This document shows positions 1 to 10,171 of a stretch of DNA of 64,000 nt, piece after piece. Source of the DNA: a bacterium (GTDB taxonomy: Bacteria; SAR324; NAC60-12); NCBI GenBank assembly GCA_965205865.1, contig CBDBHR010000028.1:512001-576000 (forward strand), given 5' to 3'. The position numbers and the translations under genes were made by a program. The notes under the pieces are model-generated. The model did not search any database. It saw only the letters and a list, made by a program, of their open reading frames with translations, and was not told the DNA's origin. The number at the start of each line of letters is the position of its first letter. The stretch's first letter is position 1.

Positions 1-293
1 CCTTTTGAGGGTATGGATAGTTCTCAATAAATACTCCCATCTCATAAAAAATCGAACAAGCGGACCGAGTTGACCAGAGAGGGCGAGTTTTAGCCCTGTT
101 TTTATCGGCATTAATCGTTTTAATCGAGCCTGGAAATCCCCGTCCTCTGGACGGGGTAAAAAACTAAGGCTTTGCCGTTTTTTTTCACACGCAAACCCTG
201 CGTTCTGCCTTGTGCGCTTGCGCAGTCAAAAACTTATCCCCTTTTAGGGGTTTTCAATGTCTCCCTTTTTAGGGGAGGTTGTTTACAAATTCT

Positions 294-307
294 GTAACTA
301 TTCAGGT
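294..307 (+). repeat. Isolated terminal repeat GTAACTATTCAGGT (MITE family D end)
   Basis: Identical to the first 14 nt of the terminal inverted repeat of the element at 22552-22695; no partner end seen nearby. Confidence 0.5.
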
Positions 308-329
308 CTCTGAAAAACTCGCTTAGTTA

Positions 330-545
330 ACCTGAGTTCGACATATATCTTCAATAATATGAGTATCCTAGTGTATATGTCATCCTCGCGAAACTTGTCC
401 CCGCGAAAGCGGGGAGCGGGGATCCAGATTTTAGTCTGGCTGCATACCTCTGGATTCGTGCTTTCGCAGGAATGACAAGGTTTCTCTAAGATATGAAGAT
501 TCCATAACATATTGAATTTATTAAATTCTTATCTCGAACTCAGGT
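330..545. mobile_element. MITE family B, copy 1 (216 bp), possibly IS982-derived
   Basis: Perfect 12-bp TIR ACCTGAGTTCGA...TCGAACTCAGGT; 6-bp target duplication TAGTTA at 324-329 and 546-551; near-identical copy at 54906-55137; internal REP-like palindrome. Family assignment rests only on the AC...GT ends and TSD length. Confidence 0.88.
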
Positions 546-551
546 TAGTTA

Positions 552-755
552 GTGCCTGACAGAAAATTACTCAAATTGCTGATATTAAATGACAATTCTT
601 CAATTTCACAGGATGAAGATTGGTTTGATGCAGTGTTCAGATGGCCAAAATCAGCAAAAAATGGGATTTTTATGAGTTTCTCCAAAATCTTCGTTTCTTA
701 AAAATAGGTGAATACCATTAAATATCATGTAGTTATCTAATTTTAGGCCAAGCAC
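552..755. mobile_element. MITE family C, copy 1 (204 bp)
   Basis: Imperfect TIR GTGCCTGAC...GCCAAGCAC; flanked by TAGTTA at 546-551 and 756-761; bases 614-755 recur inverted at 39059-39201. Confidence 0.8.
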
Positions 756-810
756 TAGTTAAATATCGTTTAAAAAAGATTCCCGGGGAGGATCCATCGT
801 TTTCAAGTCC

Positions 811-881
811 TCCCACGATATTGTTCAATCGAGCGAGCGGGAAGCTTCCCACGATATTGTTCAATCGATCGAGCGGGAAGC
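811..881. repeat. 36-bp tandem duplication (2 units, 1 mismatch)
   Basis: TCCCACGATATTGTTCAATCGA(G/T)CGAGCGGGAAGC at 811 and 847. Confidence 0.9.
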
Positions 882-1444
882 CTCTCCTTCCTTGAACCAA
901 CAAGGCACAATATTAGCACTACTACTACTACGCAATGTCAACCCCCTGCTGTAAAATAAATGCAGAATTCGCAAAAAAAATTAAAAAATCAGCAAATCAG
1001 AGAGACCCGCTCCTGTATGATAGGGATAAAGCAAAAGGAGTTATTGGGGAACAAATACGGAAGATTAAAAAATCCTTTAGCAAGTCAGGATTGGGAGAAT
1101 TGCGCAACAATGGAGGTCAGCTATAAAAAATCTTTAGCGGTTCATTTTCTGCATAAGTTAAAAAGATTCCCGGGGAACAGGTATTCTTTTCACTTCAACT
1201 CACTTCAGCTTCCCCAAACAAACTTAAGGCATACAGTATGCAGAGAGAGTCAAATTTCATTTTCATTTTGGCTCATTTTTTTGATTTTGGGTAAAAATAG
1301 ATTGAATGGCACTTCGATGCTCTCTGGCTTTGGGCAGGATTTCCGGGGTTTGGAGGGGACCTCAGGGGGCTGAGGAGGGAGGGCAAGCAGAAGGAAAAAA
1401 GATCAAAGATCGATATCATTTCTCAGGACTATCGAAAAAGTCCC

Positions 1445-4400
1445 ATGGCTGTATTGGAAAAACTTTGGGAAATGCTTCCTACGGTGATGCTGAAAGATCG
1501 TTGGCGTTTCCGCATTCGCTTGCAAGGTCTTGATTCCGGTAAAGGCTGGCAACAGGAATACGAACGGTTGCTGAAAAACATGGATGCTTCAGCAAAACTC
1601 CGGCAAGAGCGTTTCCAGCGGATTCCGCAGATCAGCTATCCTGAGGAACTCCCCATCACTTCGTACCGAGACGCTATCGTCTCCGCCATTCAGTCCCACC
1701 AGGTTCTGATTATTGCAGGAGAAACGGGCTCCGGGAAAACGACTCAACTTCCCAAAATGTGTTTGCAAGCCGGACGAGGTGTTGCCGCTAAAATCGGCTG
1801 CACCCAACCCCGGCGAATCGCAGCCACTTCCATGACCCATCGTATCAGCAATGAACTGAATTCAGAGATCGGTAAAGCGGTGGGTTATAAAATCCGCTTT
1901 TCCGATAATACTTCTCCTCACACCTTCATCCAGATGATGACCGATGGGATTCTTCTCAACGAAATTCAACAGGACCGTTACCTCAGCGCCTATGACACCC
2001 TCATCGTGGATGAAGCTCACGAACGCTCCCTCAACATTGACTTTCTATTGGGATACTTGAAACGCTTGTTACTGAAACGACCTGATTTAAAATTGCTCAT
2101 CTCTTCGGCCAACTTGGACATTCCTCGATTTTCAAAAGCCTTCTTCCGCGTCTGGGAACCCCTGGCCCCTGTTATTGAGGTTTCAGGCCGGCTTTATCCG
2201 GTGGAAGTCCAATATCAGCCCATTGATGAAGAACTCGAAGAGCAGGGAGAGCAGACCATATGCGATGCTGTTGTGGTTAGTATCCGGGAAATCCTCGACT
2301 CCAGCTGGCAGGGCAACGTCCTCGCATTCATGCCTGGTGAGCAAGAAATACGCGAAGTATTGGGCCGTCTCGAATCATGCAAGCAACCCGTGGAATTTTT
2401 ACCACTTTACGGACGACTGAGCAATCGGGAACAAAACCGTATTTTTCAGAATACGACTCGCAGGAAAGTCATCATTGCCACCAACATTGCGGAAACTTCG
2501 CTGACAATCCCTGGTATCCGCTACGTCATCGATTCCGGGCTTGCTCGAATCAGCCGTTATAGCAACCGCTCCCACACTCAGCGTCTCTCTGTGGAAGCCA
2601 TCTCCAAAAGCAGCGCAAATCAACGCAAAGGGAGAGCGGGACGGGTGCAGTCCGGGGTATGCATCCGGCTTTATTCCCAAGAAACTTTTTATAAGCTGAG
2701 AGAGTTCACCGATCCGGAAATTCTTCGTGCATCCCTGGCAGAAGTGATATTGCGCATGAAGTCTCTGGGTCTGGGAAACATCAGAGAATTTCCTTTCATC
2801 GATCCTCCATCGGCTGTTGCCGTGCGGGAAGGAATCACTCTTTTGAAAGAATTGGGCGCCCTCGATGATTCCGGAAAATTGACGGTACTTGGAAAAGAAA
2901 TGGCACGTCTGCCCATCGAACCAAGAATTGCTCGAATGCTATTGGCAGCCCGCCAGGAACATGCGCTTTGGGAAGTGCTGGTGATTGCCGCTGCAATCTC
3001 CATTCAGGACCCCAGGGAATTTCCCCTGGACAAAATCGAGCATGCCCGGCAAATGCATAGTCTTTTTGTTGACAAAACCTCGGATTTTTTGACGCTGCTC
3101 AATATCTGGAAAAAATATCACGAAGAATGGGAAATGATCAAAAGCGAAAACAAGATGCGCAAATTCTGCAAACAGCATTTCCTTTCTTTTTCTCGCCTGC
3201 GTGAATGGCGCGACATTTACCGTCAGTTGAGTATCATCCTCAGTGAATTGCCTGACTTCCAGCTGGAAAAAGAACCCGCCAATTACCGCTCAATCCATGT
3301 TGCCATCCTTTCAGGTTATCTTCATCGAATCGCACTAAAAAAAGAGAAAAACCTTTACCAGACAACTGGTGACAAGGAAGTCATGATTTTTCCAGGATCC
3401 GGAATATTCCACAAAGGACGAACTTGGATTGTGGCGGCAGAATTCGTGGAAACTTCCCGCTTGTTTGCCCGCATGGTGGCAAACATCGAAGTCGATTGGC
3501 TGGAATCCATTGGAAAAAATCTATGCCATCATACCTATTCGGAACCTCATTTCGACAGCGATTCCGGCAGCGTGAAGGCGTATGAGAAAGTCACCCTCTA
3601 TGGCTTAGTGATTGTTCCCCGACGACACGTGGTTTTTGCAAAAATCAATCCTGCTGAAGCAACTTCCGTTTTCATTCGAGAAGGATTGGTTGAAGGAAAA
3701 CTCCACACGCATCATTCCTTTTTTAAACACAACCTGGCCTTGAAGCGAAAAATGATCCGGACTGGCGCCAAGATGAGGCGTGACTATGAGTTTGAAGTGG
3801 AAGCTGCTATGGAAGATTTTTATAGCAAGCGGCTTTTTAATATCGCCTCGCTCCACGATTTGAACGGGTTGCTCAAACAAAAACGTAAGGAACGGCACCC
3901 TAATTTTCTCTTCATGACAGAGGAAGATTTTGCCCCCAATTCCTGTGTCATTCCTCCAGCGGATAGATTCCCCGATCATTGGACCATCGGCGAACATCAA
4001 CTGAGATTGGAGTATCAGTTTGCCCCGGAAAAAGACAACGATGGAGTGACCCTCCACATCCCGGAAAATCTTTTACCGTATCTTGACCCTGATGCTCTGG
4101 ATTGGCTTGTTCCCGGGCACTGGGAAGAAAAAATCCTGTATTTGCTGAAGGGATTGCCCAAGAGGTTACGAAAAGAACTGGTTCCTTTGCCACAGACCGT
4201 ACAAATGATCGTGCGGGAACTGAAGTTCACTCATTCCAATTTTTTATCGGCATTGGCATCTCATGTATACAATAGGTATGGCTTGGCCATTACCCCTGCC
4301 GATTGGGATGAACGGCGATTGCCGGAGTATTTGAAAATTCGCGTAGAAATCCGAGACCACCACAACAAGTTGGTGTCGGAAGGACGGGATGTTGTGGCGC

Positions 4401-5374
4401 TCCTCAAAAAAGGACAGAAACGCTTTCAAGATAAAAATAAGACCGGAGAATATACGGTTGAAATTCCACAATGGAAGGAAGCTTCCCTGCAGTGGGAACG
4501 GAAAAACATCACCAATTGGTCCTTTAAGACCCTACCCTCGCGTATCACGTTCCCCACCATCAATGGCATCCCTTTGTATGCATATCCAGGATTGAAAACC
4601 GATGAAGAAGGAATCCATTGTTGTTTGTTTCATCATCAAACAGACGCCCTACGATTCACAAAAACGAGTATGATGAAATTGTTAGCCCTCAATGCGGGTA
4701 AAGATATCGCCTGGTTGGACCAGGATCTGCAGGAATTGCGAGCATTCAAGGAACTCTACCATCCTTTTGGAAATGTTGAACAATTGAAACTACAGGCCAG
4801 GATCAATTTGCATGAATATCTTTTCAAAGTCCCTTGGATTGAAAGCAAAGCAGAATTCAGCAAAGCCCTCAGTCAAGCCCAATATAAAACCAAAGGGTTA
4901 TGGCCGCGTTTCAAAAAACAACTGGGAGGGATTTTGCAACAATATGCCGAGACCCGCCATGCTTTGAACAAATACCTGGCCACCCCTGCTTTTGAAGAGT
5001 ATTATCAAGACCTTGATCTTCACCTTGATGAGTTGATGCCTGCGGATTTTGTACAAGTCATTTCCTTTTTCCAATGGCGGCATATTCCACGCTATCTGAA
5101 AGGGATCAGCATTCGTGCCGAACGGCTGGCGCGCAATCCTTGTAAAGATGATGAAAAATCAGAAAACCTGGCTTCTTATCAAGAACCTTACCTGCGACTG
5201 CAACGGCGGGACAGCCTGTCAGAGTCTCAAAAAATCGTTTTGGAAGAATTTCGTTGGATGCTTGAAGAATTCAAAGTTTCTTTGTTTGCTCCCGAACTCA
5301 AAACCGCGTTTCCCGTCTCTAACAAACGATTGGATAAAATTATAGAAAAGCTCCATTCCCCACCAAAACAATAA
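1445..5374 (+). CDS. hrpA: ATP-dependent RNA helicase HrpA
   Basis: GETGSGKTTQLP, DEAH, QRKGRAGR motifs; C-terminal RWMLEEFKVSLFAPELKT typical of HrpA; 1309 aa. Confidence 0.95.
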   Translation: MAVLEKLWEMLPTVMLKDRWRFRIRLQGLDSGKGWQQEYERLLKNMDASAKLRQERFQRIPQISYPEELPITSYRDAIVSAIQSHQVLIIAGETGSGKTTQLPKMCLQAGRGVAAKIGCTQPRRIAATSMTHRISNELNSEIGKAVGYKIRFSDNTSPHTFIQMMTDGILLNEIQQDRYLSAYDTLIVDEAHERSLNIDFLLGYLKRLLLKRPDLKLLISSANLDIPRFSKAFFRVWEPLAPVIEVSGRLYPVEVQYQPIDEELEEQGEQTICDAVVVSIREILDSSWQGNVLAFMPGEQEIREVLGRLESCKQPVEFLPLYGRLSNREQNRIFQNTTRRKVIIATNIAETSLTIPGIRYVIDSGLARISRYSNRSHTQRLSVEAISKSSANQRKGRAGRVQSGVCIRLYSQETFYKLREFTDPEILRASLAEVILRMKSLGLGNIREFPFIDPPSAVAVREGITLLKELGALDDSGKLTVLGKEMARLPIEPRIARMLLAARQEHALWEVLVIAAAISIQDPREFPLDKIEHARQMHSLFVDKTSDFLTLLNIWKKYHEEWEMIKSENKMRKFCKQHFLSFSRLREWRDIYRQLSIILSELPDFQLEKEPANYRSIHVAILSGYLHRIALKKEKNLYQTTGDKEVMIFPGSGIFHKGRTWIVAAEFVETSRLFARMVANIEVDWLESIGKNLCHHTYSEPHFDSDSGSVKAYEKVTLYGLVIVPRRHVVFAKINPAEATSVFIREGLVEGKLHTHHSFFKHNLALKRKMIRTGAKMRRDYEFEVEAAMEDFYSKRLFNIASLHDLNGLLKQKRKERHPNFLFMTEEDFAPNSCVIPPADRFPDHWTIGEHQLRLEYQFAPEKDNDGVTLHIPENLLPYLDPDALDWLVPGHWEEKILYLLKGLPKRLRKELVPLPQTVQMIVRELKFTHSNFLSALASHVYNRYGLAITPADWDERRLPEYLKIRVEIRDHHNKLVSEGRDVVALLKKGQKRFQDKNKTGEYTVEIPQWKEASLQWERKNITNWSFKTLPSRITFPTINGIPLYAYPGLKTDEEGIHCCLFHHQTDALRFTKTSMMKLLALNAGKDIAWLDQDLQELRAFKELYHPFGNVEQLKLQARINLHEYLFKVPWIESKAEFSKALSQAQYKTKGLWPRFKKQLGGILQQYAETRHALNKYLATPAFEEYYQDLDLHLDELMPADFVQVISFFQWRHIPRYLKGISIRAERLARNPCKDDEKSENLASYQEPYLRLQRRDSLSESQKIVLEEFRWMLEEFKVSLFAPELKTAFPVSNKRLDKIIEKLHSPPKQ

Positions 5375-5398
5375 ATTGCCCGAAATTATTCTGAAGCA

Positions 5399-5584
5399 TT
5401 GATTGTCAAGCAAATTAATTTTGAAGTACGATTTATCAGGCAACGAGGTAAAGGAAGTCATGGCACACTCTTTAATGGAGATTGTTTTACCATTGTAAGA
5501 AATCCAAAAGATGAACTTAAAAAAGGAACCCTACATACCATGCTCGATCAACTTGATCTTAGCTTAGGAATGAAATTTAAATAA
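5399..5584 (+). pseudogene. hicA: HicA-family toxin remnant; 5' end degraded, 3' end replaced by MITE A
   Basis: RGKGSHGTL motif; close paralog at 34131-34343; last codons come from the MITE. Confidence 0.8.
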
Positions 5585-5724
5585 GTTAGAAGTATGGATA
5601 CGCAAAATTAGGGGACACGTAACAGCAGGCATAAAACAGTAAAGTTGGGATGCGCAGCAGTGTACATGTCCCCCAATTTTGCTCACACCATTGGAAGAAT
5701 TACAGGTTATTTAAGGTTTGTTCC
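5567..5724 (+). mobile_element. MITE family A, copy 1 (158 bp)
   Basis: Ends GGAATGAAATTTAAATAA...TTATTTAAGGTTTGTTCC (imperfect TIR); TTA target duplication; five copies in the window. Confidence 0.93.
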
Positions 5725-5748
5725 TTAGAAGATTTATAGGAGGACGTT

Positions 5749-5922
5749 ATGCAAAACTTTGTTTATCCAGTGAAACTCACTCCCGATAATGAAGCGGGAG
5801 GATACGTCGCGACATTTCGGGATTTTCCTGAAGCAATTTCCCAAGGGGAAAATATCAAAGATGCATTATCAGATGCAGTGGACTGTCTTGAAGAAGCAAT
5901 TGCCAATCGTAAAGAATTTTGA
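5749..5922 (+). pseudogene. hicB: HicB-family antitoxin, truncated to the N-terminal domain (57 aa)
   Basis: MQNFVYPVKLTPDNEAGGYVATFRDFPEAISQGE..., RBS AGGAGG; paralog of 34353; early TGA removes the DNA-binding domain. Confidence 0.8.
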
Positions 5923-5983
5923 CTTGCTCCAAAGCATATGAAATACTTTTCATGTAGGAAACAAATATAAAAAAAGTAATACC

Positions 5984-6274
5984 ATGAATAGAAACGACGT
6001 TTTGAAGATAATGCGAATACACAAAGCAACCCTTGCAGAACGCTTTGGTGTGACAGATCTCGCCCTATTCGGGTCGATGGCTCGTAACGAAGCATCGGAG
6101 GATAGTGATATTGACATCCTTGTGCATTTCAACAAGCCGACAACTTCCAAAAATTTCTTCGGCACACAATTTTATTTGGAGGACTTGCTGGGTCGTCCCA
6201 TAGATTTGGTGACTGACAAAGCGTTGCGCGTGGAATTGCGTCCCTTTGTGGAGGCAGAGGCTGTCCATGTCTAA
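5984..6274 (+). CDS. Minimal nucleotidyltransferase (MNT) antitoxin
   Basis: LFGSMARNEASEDSDID (GS-x10-DxD) and LEDLLGRPIDLVT. Confidence 0.92.
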   Translation: MNRNDVLKIMRIHKATLAERFGVTDLALFGSMARNEASEDSDIDILVHFNKPTTSKNFFGTQFYLEDLLGRPIDLVTDKALRVELRPFVEAEAVHV

Positions 6275-6632
6275 CGAGAAGCAAAGGGAATGGCATTTCT
6301 ATGTGCAGGATATGATTGAATTCAGTAAGAAGGTATTGGCTTATACCTCCAATATGGATCAAACCTCCTTCCTTTCCAATACAACTGTCTACGATGCTAC
6401 ACTCCGTAATTTGGAATTGATCGGAGAAGCAGCAATTCACATTCCGACCGCAGTACGTGATTTTCATAATGAAATCCCCTGGCGTGAGATCATTGGTGTT
6501 CGAAATCGCTTGGCACACGGTTATCTGAGTATCGATGATGACCTTATTTGGAACATTATACAGGTCGACATTCCGAAATTGCTGCCCGCATTACGAGACC
6601 TGAAAAATGCAACAAGTAAGGGCTCAGCTTAA
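6267..6632 (+). CDS. HEPN (DUF86) ribonuclease toxin
   Basis: RNRLAHGY (R-x4-H), LELIGEAA and IPWREI motifs; overlaps the MNT stop codon. Confidence 0.92.
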   Translation: MSNEKQREWHFYVQDMIEFSKKVLAYTSNMDQTSFLSNTTVYDATLRNLELIGEAAIHIPTAVRDFHNEIPWREIIGVRNRLAHGYLSIDDDLIWNIIQVDIPKLLPALRDLKNATSKGSA

Positions 6633-6686
6633 GGGTTGTTTCGTGATAGAGTCTTTATTCGTTGTTGACTTCCAGACTTCAGGCAT

Positions 6687-7727
6687 TTGATGATCCGTCC
6701 AGGACCTAAAAATTCAATCAGTGATATCCCGGGAATCCAAGTAGGCAATGTGGATTCTTTGGTGTGGAGAAGTGGCGTGACCAGCATCGTTCCGGAAAAA
6801 CCGGTGGTGGCTGCCGTCGATGTTCGCGGGGGAGGACCCGGAACGAGAGAAACCGATGCCCTCAACGCTGATTGTTTGGTCGACAAAATTCATGCGATCG
6901 TGCTCAGTGGAGGGTCTGCATTCGGACTGGCTGCAGCCGACGGCGTGATGTGCCACCTTGCTCAGAAAAAAATTGGCTTTCAACTGGGAGATGCCATCAT
7001 TCCTGTTGTACCAGCAGCCATTCTCTTTGATCTCCTCAATGGCGGTGACAAAAATTGGAGGCAGCGTCCTCCTTATTTTGACATGGGATATCAATCCGTA
7101 GAGCAATTGCAAGACACATTCAAACAGGGCAATGTGGGAGCAGGGATGGGCGCTATCGCAGGCGCTCTCAAGGGAGGATTGGGCAGCGCTTCTTTTATTT
7201 ACCAACAAGGGACGGAAGAGGTAAGCGTCGGTGCTTTGGCTGCTGTGAATTCGGTAGGGTCCGTTCTCCTGCCTGACAGTCCGGTCATGTGGGCAGCTCC
7301 ATATGAACAGAAAAATGAATTGGGAGGACAGGCAAAACTTGATTTAGATTATAAAATGAAGCTCGATTTCACTTTTCCGGATTTAGAAGGAGCCAATACC
7401 ACTTTAGTCGTAGTTGCCACTAATATTTCCCTGAGCCAGGCACAAGCCAAACGGATCGCCATCATGGCCCAAGACGGTCTTGCAAGAGCCATTCGACCCG
7501 TCCACTCTCCCTTTGACGGAGATACTGTTTTTGTGTTGTCGACGGAGGGAAAAATTCTTTCTAATCCGGCAACCAATCTGGCGAAGTTGGGAATGTTAGC
7601 TGCCGATTGTGTGACACGAGCCGTTGCTCGTGGCGTCTTTGAAGCCGAAACACTGGGTGACTGGGAGAGCTATCAATCTCGCTATGGCCCTTTTCTCAAT
7701 AAATTAAATAGAGGAGAATTCGAATGA
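6687..7727 (+). CDS. P1/S58-family peptidase (DmpA-like)
   Basis: VDVRGGGPGTRETD, LSGGSAFGL, ANTTLVVVAT, HSPFDGDTVF. Confidence 0.9.
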   Translation: MMIRPGPKNSISDIPGIQVGNVDSLVWRSGVTSIVPEKPVVAAVDVRGGGPGTRETDALNADCLVDKIHAIVLSGGSAFGLAAADGVMCHLAQKKIGFQLGDAIIPVVPAAILFDLLNGGDKNWRQRPPYFDMGYQSVEQLQDTFKQGNVGAGMGAIAGALKGGLGSASFIYQQGTEEVSVGALAAVNSVGSVLLPDSPVMWAAPYEQKNELGGQAKLDLDYKMKLDFTFPDLEGANTTLVVVATNISLSQAQAKRIAIMAQDGLARAIRPVHSPFDGDTVFVLSTEGKILSNPATNLAKLGMLAADCVTRAVARGVFEAETLGDWESYQSRYGPFLNKLNRGEFE

Positions 7728-9214
7728 ATTTGAAACGATCCATCAAAGGGCTATTGGTGGCAGTCAGTCTGGCAATACTCACTCCATTAGCAATGGCAGC
7801 AAAAACGAGCTTGACGATGGGAGTCGTGCTGGAGCCTCCCCATCTGGACCCTACGGCTGGCGCGGCCGCTGCCATTGATGAAATCGTTTATGCCAATGTG
7901 TTTGAAGGATTGACGCAAATTGATCAATATGGCGTCGTGCAACCCGCCCTTGCCAAGAGTTGGACAATATCGGAAGACCAATTGAATTATACTTTTCTGT
8001 TGCGCAAGGGCGTGACATTTCACGACGGTACAGACTTGAATGCGGATGATGTGATCTTCTCCTTCAAGCGGGCCACTGCGGAAAACAGTGTCAATGCCCA
8101 AAAAAAGCTTTTTGAGCCCATCGCCCAAATCAATAAAGGAGGACCCCATACCATCAGCATCACCCTGAAACGTCCCACAGGAAATTTCCTTTTCAACCTG
8201 GGATGGGGAGATGCTGTCATCGTTGCGCCAGAAAGTGTGGGTCAGAATAAATCCCGCCCGATTGGAAGCGGACCTTTCAAATTCAGCAAATGGAGTCGAG
8301 GAAATCGTATAGAACTGGTCCGTAACGACCACTACTGGGGGGCGCCAGCCAAACTGACTAAAGCCGTTTTCAAAATCATTCCCGACCCTGCTGCTGCCGT
8401 TGCTGCCATGATGGCAGGGGATATCGACGCGTTTGCCAATTTCCCGGCGCCTGAGAGTTTGCAGCAGTTTCAAGCCGACCCGCGCTTCAAGGTTGTGATT
8501 GGAAATACGGAAGGTGAAACGATTCTTTCCACCAATAATGCCGTAATCCCCTTTAACAATCTCAAAGTCCGGCAAGCGATTGCCTACGCTCTGGACCGGC
8601 AGGCCATCATCGATGGAGCAATGTTTGGTTATGGCACACCCATTGGCAGCCATTTTGCCCCCCATCATCCGGCATACATTGATTTGACCGGACTCTTTTC
8701 GCACGACTTGGAAAAAGCCAGGCAATTGATGGTAGAAGCAGGTTATGCCAATGGATTCCAGGCAACCATCAAGCTCCCGCCTCCCAGCTATGCCCGGCGT
8801 GGTGGAGAAATTATTGCGGCTCAACTGAAAAAAATCGGCATTGAATTGGAAATCATACCGGTAGAATGGGCACAATGGCTGGATCAAGTCTTCAAGAAAA
8901 CCGATTATCATCTGACAATCGTTTCCCATACAGAACCCATTGACATTGGGATTTATGCCCGCGATACTTACTACTTCAATTACCATAATACTCAGTTTCA
9001 AGCCCTCATGCAGCAACTCAGTGAAACCGTCAGCACCACAAAACGCTATGCCATTTTGGCAGAAGCGCAGAAAATGATAACGGAAGACGCAGTCAATGGT
9101 TTTTTGTTCCAATTGGCCAAACACGGAGTTTGGAACAAAGAGCTCCGGGGACTATGGGAAAATAGCCCGGTGCAGGCCAATAACCTCACTCAAGCGTATT
9201 GGGCGAATGAATAA
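7724..9214 (+). CDS. Peptide/nickel ABC transporter substrate-binding protein (family 5)
   Basis: Signal peptide; LAKSW...YTFLLRKGVTFHDG signature. Confidence 0.92.
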   Translation: MNLKRSIKGLLVAVSLAILTPLAMAAKTSLTMGVVLEPPHLDPTAGAAAAIDEIVYANVFEGLTQIDQYGVVQPALAKSWTISEDQLNYTFLLRKGVTFHDGTDLNADDVIFSFKRATAENSVNAQKKLFEPIAQINKGGPHTISITLKRPTGNFLFNLGWGDAVIVAPESVGQNKSRPIGSGPFKFSKWSRGNRIELVRNDHYWGAPAKLTKAVFKIIPDPAAAVAAMMAGDIDAFANFPAPESLQQFQADPRFKVVIGNTEGETILSTNNAVIPFNNLKVRQAIAYALDRQAIIDGAMFGYGTPIGSHFAPHHPAYIDLTGLFSHDLEKARQLMVEAGYANGFQATIKLPPPSYARRGGEIIAAQLKKIGIELEIIPVEWAQWLDQVFKKTDYHLTIVSHTEPIDIGIYARDTYYFNYHNTQFQALMQQLSETVSTTKRYAILAEAQKMITEDAVNGFLFQLAKHGVWNKELRGLWENSPVQANNLTQAYWANE

Positions 9215-9217
9215 CGG

Positions 9218-10171
9218 ATGAGTTATTTTTTATTGAAACGGTTGATCACCATGGCCCTCACATTGATGGTGGCCAGTATGGTGATTTTCGTCGTCTTGGA
9301 AATCCTTCCGGGCGACCCCGCCTCTTACATGCTGGGATTGGATGCGAGGGAAGACACCTTGGCTGCGTTGCGGGCTCAACTCGGTCTGGACAAACCGGCA
9401 ATCGTGCGTTATTTCAACTGGATCGGAGGATTGTTGAGTGGAGACTTGGGAATTAGCTATACCTACGATGTCCCTGTTTCCGAACTGATCCTGGAACGCA
9501 TGGTGGTCAGCGTCCCTCTGGCGCTATTTGCCATGATCCTTTCCACATTGATTGCCATCCCTCTCGGAATGATTGCCGCATCCCGGCACAACAAACCCCA
9601 CGATTTGATCATCATGAGTCTTTCACAGCTCAGCATTGCCATTCCCAACTTCTGGTTTGCCATACTGCTGACGATCGTTTTTGCCGTCGTGTTACGTTGG
9701 TTACCTGCGGGAGGATTCCCCGGATGGGATGCCGGACTGATGCCGGCTTTGATTGCGTTAGTAATGCCGACCATCGCCTTGGCATTGCCGCAATCGGCGG
9801 TCTTGGCCCGGGTGACCCGCTCTTCCTTATTAGAGGTGCTCCAAGAGGACTATATGCGCACCGCTCGTGCCAAAGGACTAAGCCGGAGTGCCGCTCTCTG
9901 GCACCATGCCTTACGCAATGCGATGATTCCGGTGGTGACAATTTTGGGGTTACAATTTTCTTTCCTGCTGGCAGGAACCATCATCATTGAAAATGTCTTT
10001 TATCTTCCCGGTATCGGACGTCTCATCTTTCAGGCGATTTCACAGAGGGACTTGATTGTAGTGAAAGATCTGGTGGTTTTGCTTTCTGCCGCAGTGATCA
10101 TCATTAATTTCACAGTCGATGTCTTGTATGCCATGATCGACCCACGACTGAAAGGATTCGACCATGGTTAG
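9218..10171 (+). CDS. Peptide ABC transporter permease (DppB/OppB-like)
   Basis: PGDPA, EDYMRTARAKGL, IENVFYLPGIG. Confidence 0.93.
   Translation: MSYFLLKRLITMALTLMVASMVIFVVLEILPGDPASYMLGLDAREDTLAALRAQLGLDKPAIVRYFNWIGGLLSGDLGISYTYDVPVSELILERMVVSVPLALFAMILSTLIAIPLGMIAASRHNKPHDLIIMSLSQLSIAIPNFWFAILLTIVFAVVLRWLPAGGFPGWDAGLMPALIALVMPTIALALPQSAVLARVTRSSLLEVLQEDYMRTARAKGLSRSAALWHHALRNAMIPVVTILGLQFSFLLAGTIIIENVFYLPGIGRLIFQAISQRDLIVVKDLVVLLSAAVIIINFTVDVLYAMIDPRLKGFDHG

Noticed and set aside
60-160. GTTGACCAG plus hairpin CCCCGTCC-TCT-GGACGGGG as an IscB/TnpB omegaRNA
   Set aside because: The motifs are in inconsistent orientation, no associated ORF is visible and the window edge removes context; it may be just a terminator or an IS-end remnant.
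298-510. 70-aa ORF (also 935-1373 and 22705-22995)
   Set aside because: These lie within MITEs or AT-rich intergenic DNA and show no protein-like features.
811-881. 36-bp repeats as a CRISPR array
   Set aside because: The two units are directly adjacent with no spacer, and there are no cas genes.
7787-9124. 445-aa antisense ORF over the SBP gene (likewise 60033-61109 over cinA)
   Set aside because: Antisense shadows with no recognisable motifs.
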